Origin: Gammaproteobacteria bacterium
Lineage (GTDB): Bacteria > Pseudomonadota > Gammaproteobacteria > UBA6429 > Thiohalophilaceae
Assembly (NCBI GenBank): GCA_037384645.1
Contig: JARRNT010000001.1
Location: 27,616 to 91,615 of the forward strand
Direction of reading: 5' to 3'
Length of the DNA stretch: 64,000 nucleotides
The notes under the pieces were generated by a model. That model saw only the letters and a program-made list of their open reading frames with translations. It was not told where the DNA came from and did no database searches. Position numbers and translations under genes: made by a program. Each line of letters begins with the position of its first letter. Positions within the stretch are counted from its first letter, which is position 1. Below are positions 1 through 8,263 of this stretch, piece by piece.

Positions 1-11
1 AAACGCCTGCC

Positions 12-653
12 ATGCCGGGTACTGAACGACCGGATGTCGTTTTGCTGATTGCCAGTGGCTGTGCTATCTGTCCTGTGGTGCATAAAATTCTGTCACAACT
101 CCACGCAGACGGTAAAATCAATCAATTTGAAGTCGTCAATATCAGCGAACATCCGGACCTGGCACAAAGCTACGGGGTACGTTCCGTCCCCTGGTTTCGC
201 ATCGGTGCACTGGAATTTCAGGGCCTGCATTCCGCTGCCGAGCTTGATTACTGGGTCGGCCATGCCCTTGCAGATGACGGTATCAAACAATATATCACCG
301 AACAACTCGAAGCCGGCCATTTGAGTGGCATCCTGCGCCTGATAAAACAACATCCACACTGGCTGAAAATTGCACTTGCGATCATCGCTGACCTGCAGGC
401 ACCAATCCAGGCACGTATTGGACTTGGTGCCGTCTTCGAGGAATTACAGGGTAGCCCCCTGTTGCAGGAACAGGTCCCGGGCCTGTCCGAACTGACGCAA
501 CATGCCGACAGGCAGGTCCGGGCAGATGCCTGTTATTATCTCGGACTCAGCAGAAGTTCAGCAGCGATGCCCGCACTGAACCAATGCCTGCAGGACACTG
601 ATCCGGAAGTACGCGAAATAGCCCAGGAAGCCCTGGCCGGATTTGCCGACTGA
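12..653 (+). CDS. thioredoxin-fold protein (glutaredoxin-like CxxC) with C-terminal HEAT-like repeats
   Basis: 213-aa ORF. The N-terminus 'VVLLIASGCAICPVV...YGVRSVPWF' shows a CxxC plus cis-Pro thioredoxin-fold pattern. The C-terminus 'RQVRADACYYLG...DPEVREIAQEAL' looks like HEAT repeats. Confidence 0.6.
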   Translation: MPGTERPDVVLLIASGCAICPVVHKILSQLHADGKINQFEVVNISEHPDLAQSYGVRSVPWFRIGALEFQGLHSAAELDYWVGHALADDGIKQYITEQLEAGHLSGILRLIKQHPHWLKIALAIIADLQAPIQARIGLGAVFEELQGSPLLQEQVPGLSELTQHADRQVRADACYYLGLSRSSAAMPALNQCLQDTDPEVREIAQEALAGFAD

Positions 654-656
654 GAC

Positions 657-1031
657 TTAGTCAGGCAATTGCTGCAAAACCTGTTTCAGCCTCGTTTCAT
701 CTATTGGAAAGGTCAGGCTGGCAAATACCGGATGCTGACTGGTCAGGCGTTGCAACTGGTGAGCAAATTCCTGCTCATAAAATACGATGACCTGACAATC
801 CGGCAAACGTTCCACTACTGACATTAATGACTCCAGGCTACTGGTGCGATCACGAAAATCCGACTGGAAATTAAATTCCGCAACGATCACACGGGGTTTG
901 ACCTGCTTGAGTTTACGCATGGCGTTACGCACGCTGGATTCGGTGTGAACCCTGTAGCCCAGTGATTGGTACAGAGGCGCGAAGTTGGGATAACCGCCTA
1001 ATTCAATGACGGCGAGTAGGTCTTTAGCCAT
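657..1031 (-). CDS. receiver-like (CheY-fold) protein lacking the canonical acidic pocket
   Basis: 124-aa ORF with an alternating beta-alpha pattern. 'PRVIVAEFNF' has Glu where the phospho-Asp normally sits, and there is no N-terminal DD pair. Confidence 0.45.
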   Translation of the reverse strand: MAKDLLAVIELGGYPNFAPLYQSLGYRVHTESSVRNAMRKLKQVKPRVIVAEFNFQSDFRDRTSSLESLMSVVERLPDCQVIVFYEQEFAHQLQRLTSQHPVFASLTFPIDETRLKQVLQQLPD

Positions 1032-1124
1032 ATTACAAATCCAGCCTGTGTCACGGATACGATGTCGGTTATAATAATCCAGTTAGCCGCGTTTTAGCAG
1101 ACTTCAACAAACAGGTGAAACAAG

Positions 1125-1358
1125 ATGCCTTACTATATATTTCGTATTCAGGCCGGACCAGGCGCCATCGTTAAGCAACTCGAACTGATCAAGGAATTCG
1201 AGGCATACAAGGAGGCCCAGGAATTCGCGAAACAGACCCGCGCGCAACAGAGTGATGATGCGCAGATAAAGGTCATGTTTGCGGATAACCAGCTCCAGGC
1301 CGAAGAGCAATTGATGGAAAAGCGGGAAAAACCCATTCTGCGCGAATGGGAAAAATAA
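1125..1358 (+). CDS. hypothetical protein (77 aa, charged helical)
   Basis: ATG ORF 'MPYYIFRIQAGPG...' with protein-like composition. It lies 12 nt upstream of the next same-strand ORF. Confidence 0.5.
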   Translation: MPYYIFRIQAGPGAIVKQLELIKEFEAYKEAQEFAKQTRAQQSDDAQIKVMFADNQLQAEEQLMEKREKPILREWEK

Positions 1359-1370
1359 GCATCGCTTCCC

Positions 1371-1847
1371 GTGGAAGAAAACGAGTATCGCAATCTTTAT
1401 CGCGCCATCAACCAGCAACGCTGTGTATTCGAGAAATCCATCCTGTCACGGCGTAGCAACTGTCACTTCGCCCGACGTTTCAACCTCGCTGATCGTGAAG
1501 GAGTCGCCTGCAGTGAACCCCAGGCGACAACATTGTGCCAAAGCACGCTGGCTCGAATGCGCGACAAGGCAATATTTGCGCTCAAACTCACCCGGATCGA
1601 CGGCCCCCTGCCGCATGCCAAGGAGATAAAGGTACAGACGGGAGGACTCTATGGCCTGCAGCATCTGCTTGGTCAGGGCGATGACAGCGCACCCGTTGCT
1701 GATATTATTGACCTGCTACAAAGTGCACTGGTGCAATACGGTGATGTCGAATCTCTGCCCTATACGGAAATTGCGCGCAGTATTGTCCAGTTCGAAGGCC
1801 GCACACGCGGAAGAAAAAAACCAGAACCAGGCAAGCCTGCCAGGTAA
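1371..1847 (+). CDS. hypothetical protein (158 aa) with basic C-terminal tail
   Basis: GTG-start ORF directly after the 77-aa ORF. No motif recognised. The overlapping alternative-frame ORFs are shorter. Confidence 0.45.
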   Translation: MEENEYRNLYRAINQQRCVFEKSILSRRSNCHFARRFNLADREGVACSEPQATTLCQSTLARMRDKAIFALKLTRIDGPLPHAKEIKVQTGGLYGLQHLLGQGDDSAPVADIIDLLQSALVQYGDVESLPYTEIARSIVQFEGRTRGRKKPEPGKPAR

Positions 1848-1890
1848 CCACGCTCCGCATCAGGCCAGCGTGATGAGATGGAACAGTCGG

Positions 1891-2295
1891 TCAGGGATTG
1901 ATATGCCAGTCGTAAGAACAATCAAGATGCTGGCGCACTTCCAGCAGGCCTTCCAGGCCATTTTCCACGATCACCTGCAATGGCGCCCGATCCTGAAACC
2001 GCTTGTTGGTTTGCTGCAACCACAATATTCCCATGGGTGGGTTATGCGGATAGGTCGTGCGTAAGGCATCGGCGATACCGATAATATGTTCAACCCGTTC
2101 ATAGACGGCATCGTCATCGGGAAACGGGGTATTCTCGCGATACCGGCGCAAAGCCCGCAATGGAACCCCCTTGGGAAGTGCCAGCACAGCCATGATTGCC
2201 GTGCCATTCAGCCCCCAGTCATCCAGAATCGCCATGATCGTGCGGGTCAAGGACACACACTCATCATGATCCATATTTTTGAAAGCTACAGCCAT
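1891..2295 (-). CDS. Xre/MbcA/ParS-type antitoxin-like protein (DUF2384-like C-terminus)
   Basis: 134 aa. The C-terminal 'WLQQTNKRFQDRAPLQVIVENGLEGLLEVRQHL' matches the DUF2384 pattern (W..pn..f.g..P...i...G...v...L). The N-terminal half is Xre-like and helical. Confidence 0.5.
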   Translation of the reverse strand: MAVAFKNMDHDECVSLTRTIMAILDDWGLNGTAIMAVLALPKGVPLRALRRYRENTPFPDDDAVYERVEHIIGIADALRTTYPHNPPMGILWLQQTNKRFQDRAPLQVIVENGLEGLLEVRQHLDCSYDWHINP

Positions 2296-2412
2296 GCAAG
2301 AAAACCTGTTATTTCAGGCTTACAAGTCTATATGGTAAGGTACTAATATACAAACCAGCTGCTTGTGAATCACAAAATGTTTTTCTAACTAACTGATTTG
2401 AAAGAACCTAAT

Positions 2413-2724
2413 ATGACAACACGTTTTCCCGTAACGGCCAGTGACAGCCTTGCGCCTGGCAAAATGCAGTGTTTTGACGTCAATGGCAAAAAACTGATTC
2501 TCGCAAATGTAGCAGGTGAATTTTTTGCAACGGATAGCATGTGCAGTCACGAAGATTTTCCACTCTGGTATGGCGCACTCAAAGGTCACCACATCGAATG
2601 TTCCCTGCATGGCAGCCACTTTGATGTACGCAACGGCCAACCCTGTGAAGAACCTGCAACCGATCCCATATGTACCTATCCCACAGAAGTGGAAAACGGC
2701 ATGGTCTATGTGTTGATGGAATAA
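2413..2724 (+). CDS. Rieske-type [2Fe-2S] ferredoxin (oxygenase ferredoxin-subunit-like)
   Basis: 'CSHEDFPL...GHHIECSLHGSHFDVRNG' gives the CxH...CxxH Rieske ligands. The ATG at 2413 is preferred over the TTG at 2398. Confidence 0.85.
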   Translation: MTTRFPVTASDSLAPGKMQCFDVNGKKLILANVAGEFFATDSMCSHEDFPLWYGALKGHHIECSLHGSHFDVRNGQPCEEPATDPICTYPTEVENGMVYVLME

Positions 2725-2743
2725 GAGCTATAGCATAGTTCTA

Positions 2744-2777
2744 AAGTTCTGTCGCCCGGCCCGGGCATCTAGAACTT
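2744..2777 (+). terminator. possible stem-loop terminator after the Rieske ferredoxin gene
   Basis: Outer arms AAGTTCT/AGAACTT enclose a GC-rich inner palindrome GCCCGGCCCGGGC, 20 nt past the stop codon. There is no clear U-tract. Confidence 0.3.
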
Positions 2778-3357
2778 GATGAATGACATCGCATAATCAA
2801 AACTCATCATTTGCTGTTCAGCCATGGCCTGTTACAACACCAACAAAAAGCCCGGCTTGCGGTCGATGCCACGCGTAAACAGCGAGAGGATATCCACCAG
2901 TTGTTTATCGGGCATGCTGACAATCCATTCCCGCTGCAGGCGCAGTTGCAACGCCGCCTGAAAAAACCACCATTGCCACCGGTTCATTATTGTTACTGCG
3001 CATGTCGTAATCAGCCAGACGGTTCAATGTTGAACTCTTGCAATCCGGTTTAGCTTATCCTCAACCAGATTGCGGTTGGAACGTCACGCCTGATGGTGGC
3101 CATGCGCCAAGCAATAGCAAAGATTGAAGATAAAGTACAAATACGTCTCCAGTACATAATCCTCATGAACTGAATACCTGTCATTTGACCTAAAGCAAGG
3201 TAAAGTGTGGCACTATAGTTATTAATGTATGGCTTCTTCACATAGCCAGGCACGAAGCAATAATGATGAGCATACCTGCCCGTCACCAGGCTAGGTGAAA
3301 AGCATGGATTAAATCATCGCAAGGTTCCAATTTATCCCAATAATCGACACTAATCCA

Positions 3358-3750
3358 ATGGTGAATAACAAAGATTTCCAAAACGAACTCAAGGCATTTG
3401 AGCAACAACTGGCCAGTCATGGACAGCAATTTGAACTCCTCTCGTCCCTGGATGCCCCCGTTTGCCATCTGCGCTTTACGGGTCCATTTTTGGGGCACAG
3501 GGTCATCTGGGATGCATCGCTGCAAACCCTGGCCTATTATGTAAGTAATCACCCGGACCTTGGCCAAAGCGCCAGACAGTTTATTGAGGTGGGAGATAGC
3601 GGAGCCCGGGGCAGGCAGCTCACTGTCGGGCTAAACTTACCGCTGATTGATCAGCCTGCGATCTTGAAAGCAATCATTATGATCAGACAATATAAACTTC
3701 TGGCACCTGGCCGGCATGAATTTGGCGAACAGGTGGAAATGGCAAAGTAG
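3358..3750 (+). CDS. hypothetical protein (130 aa)
   Basis: ATG ORF whose stop lies 3 nt before the ATG of the HTH-ferredoxin-reductase gene, which suggests translational coupling. Confidence 0.5.
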   Translation: MVNNKDFQNELKAFEQQLASHGQQFELLSSLDAPVCHLRFTGPFLGHRVIWDASLQTLAYYVSNHPDLGQSARQFIEVGDSGARGRQLTVGLNLPLIDQPAILKAIIMIRQYKLLAPGRHEFGEQVEMAK

Positions 3751-3753
3751 GCT

Positions 3754-5235
3754 ATGGCACGTTTAGTCAGTATTTCACGCGCCGCAAAACTCGTTGGTGT
3801 ATCTCGCGGAAACCTGCAGCACCGGATCCAGGACGGCGAACTGGAAAGCTTCGAAGGCCAGCTGCGCCTGTCAGATCTGGCCGAGGCCTTTCCCAACGCC
3901 AGCCTGGAAGACAACAGCATGCTGGAGAAGCTCGAACGCATTATCGAGCATGCTGCGATCAAGGCACGTCACCGCACACCCCCGCTGCCACCGGATATGG
4001 AACAACTGGCGGCGCGTGTCAATCTGCTGACCCAAGACCTGGTCGAAGCCAAACTGGAAATCAGTATCTTCTATAATATTATTGATAAGCTCAAAGCGCG
4101 ACTGAATCACCTTTCACGCGACAACCCGCAATTATCGGACAATCTGCGCGCGCTTCAGTCCTGGTTGTTACAGGAAATTGAAACTGTGAGCGATAAAAAG
4201 CATGAACAATTCCCTTTGCTGGCCACCGACAATTTTCTCCGGCTGGTCGCCGCCCAGGTCCGCCTGGAACCGACAGGCCACGAATTTTTTGTGGAAGGTT
4301 CCAACAGTATCCTGGAGTCCGGCCTTAGCGCGGGTCTGGCGCTGAATTATGGCTGCAGAAACGGTAATTGCGGCAAATGCAAGGCCCGCTTACTGTCAGG
4401 TGAAATCAGGAAAATACGCCCGCACGACTACGCGCTGACTGAAAAAGACAAACTACAGGGTTATTTTCTCGCCTGCTCGAATACCGCCGTGACCGATATC
4501 ATCATTGCCGCCGATGAGGCCGGCAGTGAACAGGATATCCCGCTACAGAATATCCAGGCCCGAGTCCGTAAATTCGAGGTGCCAACGCCTGAGCTCGGTA
4601 TTCTCAGCGTCAAGACACCGCGTACCGAGCGCCTGCGTTTTCTGGCAGGCCAGCAGGTTAAACTGGAGATTCCGGGGGTCGGGGCATACCAGACGCATGT
4701 CGCGAGCTGTCCCTGCGACGACATGAACCTGCAATTTCACATTCCGCGAAATGAACAGTCCGCCTTTAGCGAATACGTATTTAGCAAGCTCAAGTCCAAT
4801 GAGATTATCAATATCGAGGGGCCAAGCGGACATTTCATTTTACGCGATGACAATATCAACCCCCTTGTATTTATCGCCTTCGGTGATGGATTCGCACCGA
4901 TCAAAAGCCTTATCGAACATGCCATGACCCTGGATATCACGGAACATATCTACTTGTTCTGGGTAGTACATGCTGACAACGAACTGTATCTGCACAATCA
5001 TTGCCGTGCCTGGTCTGATGCGTTCGAGCGTTTTAGTTATATTCCCGTTATCCGTTCCGGGCCGAATACAGCCATCGCCGAAGAACTCATGCAGAATTTA
5101 AGATCGTCTTTGCCCCAACTGGCACCGAGCCACTATTATATTGCAGGTCCTGATGAGCCTGTTGAACTTACACGGCAGACTCTACTGAAACAGGGGCTGG
5201 ATCAGAACAGTCTGTTTACAGAAGTACGTGCGTGA
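3754..5235 (+). CDS. fusion protein: N-terminal excisionase/MerR-type HTH, helical linker, plant-type [2Fe-2S] ferredoxin, FNR-like FAD/NAD(P)-binding reductase
   Basis: HTH: 'ISRAAKLVGVSRGNLQHRIQDGEL'. Ferredoxin: 'GCRNGNCGKCKA...FLAC' (Cx4Cx2C...C). FNR-like reductase: 'IEGPSGHF', 'AFGDGFAPIKS', 'YYIAGPDEPV'. Confidence 0.75.
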   Translation: MARLVSISRAAKLVGVSRGNLQHRIQDGELESFEGQLRLSDLAEAFPNASLEDNSMLEKLERIIEHAAIKARHRTPPLPPDMEQLAARVNLLTQDLVEAKLEISIFYNIIDKLKARLNHLSRDNPQLSDNLRALQSWLLQEIETVSDKKHEQFPLLATDNFLRLVAAQVRLEPTGHEFFVEGSNSILESGLSAGLALNYGCRNGNCGKCKARLLSGEIRKIRPHDYALTEKDKLQGYFLACSNTAVTDIIIAADEAGSEQDIPLQNIQARVRKFEVPTPELGILSVKTPRTERLRFLAGQQVKLEIPGVGAYQTHVASCPCDDMNLQFHIPRNEQSAFSEYVFSKLKSNEIINIEGPSGHFILRDDNINPLVFIAFGDGFAPIKSLIEHAMTLDITEHIYLFWVVHADNELYLHNHCRAWSDAFERFSYIPVIRSGPNTAIAEELMQNLRSSLPQLAPSHYYIAGPDEPVELTRQTLLKQGLDQNSLFTEVRA

Positions 5236-5242
5236 ATAAGAT

Positions 5243-5533
5243 TCACGCGTCTTGCTGTATCCACTTGTTCAGCCCGTCTATCAGCTTTTGCGCCTGGTCG
5301 GCACTGCTGATATTGAACTTGGACTTCGGTCGATAACTGCCTTCCCGTTTCTGATAGCGGCGAATCGAAAACTTGATCGGTCCAAAGTCATTTTTCTGTC
5401 TGTCCCAGTCCTGATACTTGAAAAGGATGGTCGACCAGGCCCCCTTGGTCAGCACGATCTTGTCCAGTTCCTTTACTAACTGCTGGCCATTCTCGAAATA
5501 ATTCATGGTAATTTCATCGACTGTCTCTGCCAT
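5243..5533 (-). CDS. hypothetical protein (96 aa)
   Basis: ATG ORF 'MAETVDEITMNYFENGQQ...', convergent with the previous gene. Composition is protein-like. Confidence 0.55.
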   Translation of the reverse strand: MAETVDEITMNYFENGQQLVKELDKIVLTKGAWSTILFKYQDWDRQKNDFGPIKFSIRRYQKREGSYRPKSKFNISSADQAQKLIDGLNKWIQQDA

Positions 5534-5632
5534 ATACCCTACCTGTTAATTTACGATTGATTACAACGCCGCGTAGCTTACCTGCACAGTGCAAAAAAAT
5601 CAGCCCCATATCTCACTCATAATGCTTTGGGC

Positions 5633-6052
5633 TCAGGTGCCCCAGTGTGGAAACCGACTGGCATATTTGCTTATCCACTCCTGCGCGGCCTCCTGTGCGC
5701 TGAGGTCTCGCCCTTCGAACTGTGCAACCTGCTGCTTGTAATGTTCGATATGGCAGATCTGCTCCACCATGCGTGCAATATACAGATCATCGCGCTGAAT
5801 GAATTCGACGCCGACCAGATAATGACTCGCCCTGTTGCGACAGTAACTGACGATCCCTTCGGCGACAAAAGCCGGCTCAATCATGTCTATCCGAATACGA
5901 ATCTGACTACCGGCTTCAATATGGGTATCCGACTCAAAGGCAAGCCCGCCGTAACTGACATTGCTGATTTGGCGACGGTGTGCCGCGCTGGAGTGTAACT
6001 CGATCTGTACCGGGATATCCGCCGGATGCCTGATGTATGCACGCATAGCCAT
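5633..6052 (-). CDS. PilZ-domain c-di-GMP-binding protein
   Basis: The 'RAYIRHP' (RxxxR) and 'NVSYGGLAF' (D/NxSxxG) motifs are present. The start at 6052 is supported by AAGGAAG just upstream. Confidence 0.75.
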   Translation of the reverse strand: MAMRAYIRHPADIPVQIELHSSAAHRRQISNVSYGGLAFESDTHIEAGSQIRIRIDMIEPAFVAEGIVSYCRNRASHYLVGVEFIQRDDLYIARMVEQICHIEHYKQQVAQFEGRDLSAQEAAQEWISKYASRFPHWGT

Positions 6053-6126
6053 CTTCCTTAAATTGACCCTTTTCCCGCCAGATAATGCATAATTCACGCC
6101 ACTGAAAAATTCCCGATATCCGTCAG

Positions 6127-7122
6127 ATGCCTCACACCCGAAAATCCGGTCTGTTCAGTCTTCGACACCGACGCGCCATTATTCTGTCACTGGTGCTGAC
6201 CGCATTGCTTTATTTGATCGCAGTCATTGCCAGCGGGCGCCACGAAGCAGCCCAGGCCTTTGCCCACCTGGGCATTGGCGGTGGACTGGTGTTACTGACC
6301 TGCTCCTTTGTCAGCTATCTACTGCGCTTCACCCGATGGCAATATTATTTACGCCGGGCAGGCTGGCGACTGCCGATGCGTCTGCACCTGGCCTATTACC
6401 TGGCCGGGTTTGCCCTGACTACTAGCCCGGGCAAGGCCGGCGAGACCATTCGCTCAGTACTGTTACGCCCGCACGGCATTCCCTATCCTACCTCGCTGGC
6501 CTGCTTTTTCAGCGAGCGCCTGCTCGACGTGGTCGTCGTCTCGCTGCTTGCCACGCTTTCCACCTTTGCCATCCTGCGACAACATGATTTGCTGGTGCTG
6601 GTGCTGGTCATCACCCTCGCAGTGATTCCCGTGATCCATAGTCCGCTGTTACGCACGTTGCTACAAAGCCTGGAACAGCGTCTTCGCCCTTCGCGCCTGC
6701 GCCGGTTGCTGGCCCACTTGCAGGACCTGCTGCATAACGCCCGTAATTTCCTTGCCTGGCGCCCGCTTTACCTCGGCCTGTTCCTGGGCGGTCTGGCCTG
6801 GGGCCTGCAAGGGTTTGCCTTCTATTATCTGATGCACCGCCTGGGGCTCGATCTGCACCTGCCATTGGCCATGGGTATCTATGCCATCGGTCTACTCGCC
6901 GGCGCCCTGTCCATGATCCCTGGTGGCATTGGTGCCACAGAGGCCGCCATGGCGTTATTGCTGGCTGCCGCCGGCGCCTCGACCGAGATCGCGATTATCG
7001 TGCCCTTGATTAACCGACTGACAACCCTGTGGTTTGCAGTGGCATTGGGATTACTGGCTAGTGCCTGGCTCAGCGGCCATCGCCAGCAGGATGTAGCCAG
7101 TGAAGCGGGCGAAACAAGGTGA
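6127..7122 (+). CDS. lysylphosphatidylglycerol-synthase-TM-like / flippase-like (UPF0104) membrane protein
   Basis: 331 aa with about 8 hydrophobic helices and a Gly/Ala-rich C-terminal helix 'IPGGIGATEAAMALLL', typical of this family. Confidence 0.65.
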   Translation: MPHTRKSGLFSLRHRRAIILSLVLTALLYLIAVIASGRHEAAQAFAHLGIGGGLVLLTCSFVSYLLRFTRWQYYLRRAGWRLPMRLHLAYYLAGFALTTSPGKAGETIRSVLLRPHGIPYPTSLACFFSERLLDVVVVSLLATLSTFAILRQHDLLVLVLVITLAVIPVIHSPLLRTLLQSLEQRLRPSRLRRLLAHLQDLLHNARNFLAWRPLYLGLFLGGLAWGLQGFAFYYLMHRLGLDLHLPLAMGIYAIGLLAGALSMIPGGIGATEAAMALLLAAAGASTEIAIIVPLINRLTTLWFAVALGLLASAWLSGHRQQDVASEAGETR

Positions 7123-7131
7123 TAGTCGGTG

Positions 7132-7515
7132 TTATTCGGAGCGGTGGTAGCCGAATTCACCACGCCACTGGCCCTGACGGTAGTCCAGGTTTAACCAACG
7201 CGGGGTAAAAGGGGCCTCGCGGGCAATGGGAAAATCCGTCAAGGGAGGCTCGTCACCTTCATAGTCATTGCTGCACTGCGCTGTCATCACTGGCCGGAAA
7301 CTGACCATGAGTTTATCGTTGGCCGGCACCCAGCTAACCTCCGAGTCTGAATTGCGTTCATAAAAACGGACCTTCAGCCGAATTAGACAGCTGAAAAACA
7401 ATTCCATCTGGGCATACAACGGGCTGTTACGTCCGGCCAGTGCGGCGTGTGCCGCCGGCGTCAGGTGGATTTCAAGCGGACGTTCATTGAGCGTCAGGGA
7501 AATGTTATCTGTCAT
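7132..7515 (-). CDS. hypothetical protein (127 aa), downstream of the TetR gene
   Basis: The ATG at 7515 ('MTDNISLTLNERP') lies 16 nt after the TetR stop. The longer ORF in the track would overlap the TetR gene. Confidence 0.5.
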   Translation of the reverse strand: MTDNISLTLNERPLEIHLTPAAHAALAGRNSPLYAQMELFFSCLIRLKVRFYERNSDSEVSWVPANDKLMVSFRPVMTAQCSNDYEGDEPPLTDFPIAREAPFTPRWLNLDYRQGQWRGEFGYHRSE

Positions 7516-7531
7516 GGTATTTATGTGACCT

Positions 7532-8095
7532 CTAGATAATCTCATCGAGCCAGGTTTTGGCATTGGCGATTTGCCGGGTAATCAGCCTCGGATCCTTGAA
7601 GATATGGGTCAGGACTGTAGCGCCTTGCAACTGGGTCAGCAACTGCAATGCCAGCTCCTGCGCCTCTTCCTGCCTGCCCAGCTGCTGGAATTGCTCGGTC
7701 AACCAGTCAAGCTGGGCCTGCAACAGAGCATTGGCCTGGCTGGCCAGTGGACTCTCACTTTTATTGAGTTCGGTACAAAGACCAGCCACGGGGCAACCAT
7801 GGGCCGCGACAACATCGCTATCCAACACCCGCAAGCTCAGAAAACCGTCAATTCGGGCACGCGGCTCCCCCAGCCGGTCCAGCTCACTGACCAACTGTTC
7901 AAATTCCTTTAATTGCGCTTCAATAACAGCCTGGCCAAGGGCATCCTTGGTCTTGAAGTAATAATACACATTCCCCAGGGGGACCTCGGCGGCCTGGGCT
8001 ATGTCAGCCAGGGTCGTCTGGTTGTAACCGCTCGCGTGAATGAGCTGGCGGGCGGCCTGGGTCAGTCGTTCGCGTTTGTTATTAGTACGGGCCAT
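7532..8095 (-). CDS. TetR/AcrR-family transcriptional regulator
   Basis: The N-terminal HTH 'GYNQTTLADIAQAAEVPLGNVYYYFKTKDAL' is the TetR signature. Confidence 0.85.
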   Translation of the reverse strand: MARTNNKRERLTQAARQLIHASGYNQTTLADIAQAAEVPLGNVYYYFKTKDALGQAVIEAQLKEFEQLVSELDRLGEPRARIDGFLSLRVLDSDVVAAHGCPVAGLCTELNKSESPLASQANALLQAQLDWLTEQFQQLGRQEEAQELALQLLTQLQGATVLTHIFKDPRLITRQIANAKTWLDEII

Positions 8096-8105
8096 TGTGT
8101 GGGAG

Positions 8106-8121
8106 TTAGTTACCTGACTAA
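8106..8121. promoter_or_regulatory. candidate operator inverted repeat in the TetR / beta-barrel divergent intergenic region
   Basis: TTAGT-tacctg-ACTAA (5-bp arms, 6-nt spacer), 10 nt upstream of the TetR start codon. This is a weak call. Confidence 0.2.
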
Positions 8122-8263
8122 TAAGGATAGTAAATTTAAGGGAATTGGCAAGTGGCGGATACCCACTTCAATCCGGGCTACGCTAGCGGCAGGCCGGGAC
8201 TCGCTATTCCCTGTTAGCTCGCCGGGCGCAACTGCCAACCCCGGCAGCCGCTGGCTGCTTTGC

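Noticed and set aside
7913-8263. N-terminal 117 codons of the 447-aa track ORF
   Set aside because: This part overlaps the TetR gene on the opposite strand and precedes the signal-peptide-like segment. The real start is more likely near 8264, although the exact start remains uncertain.
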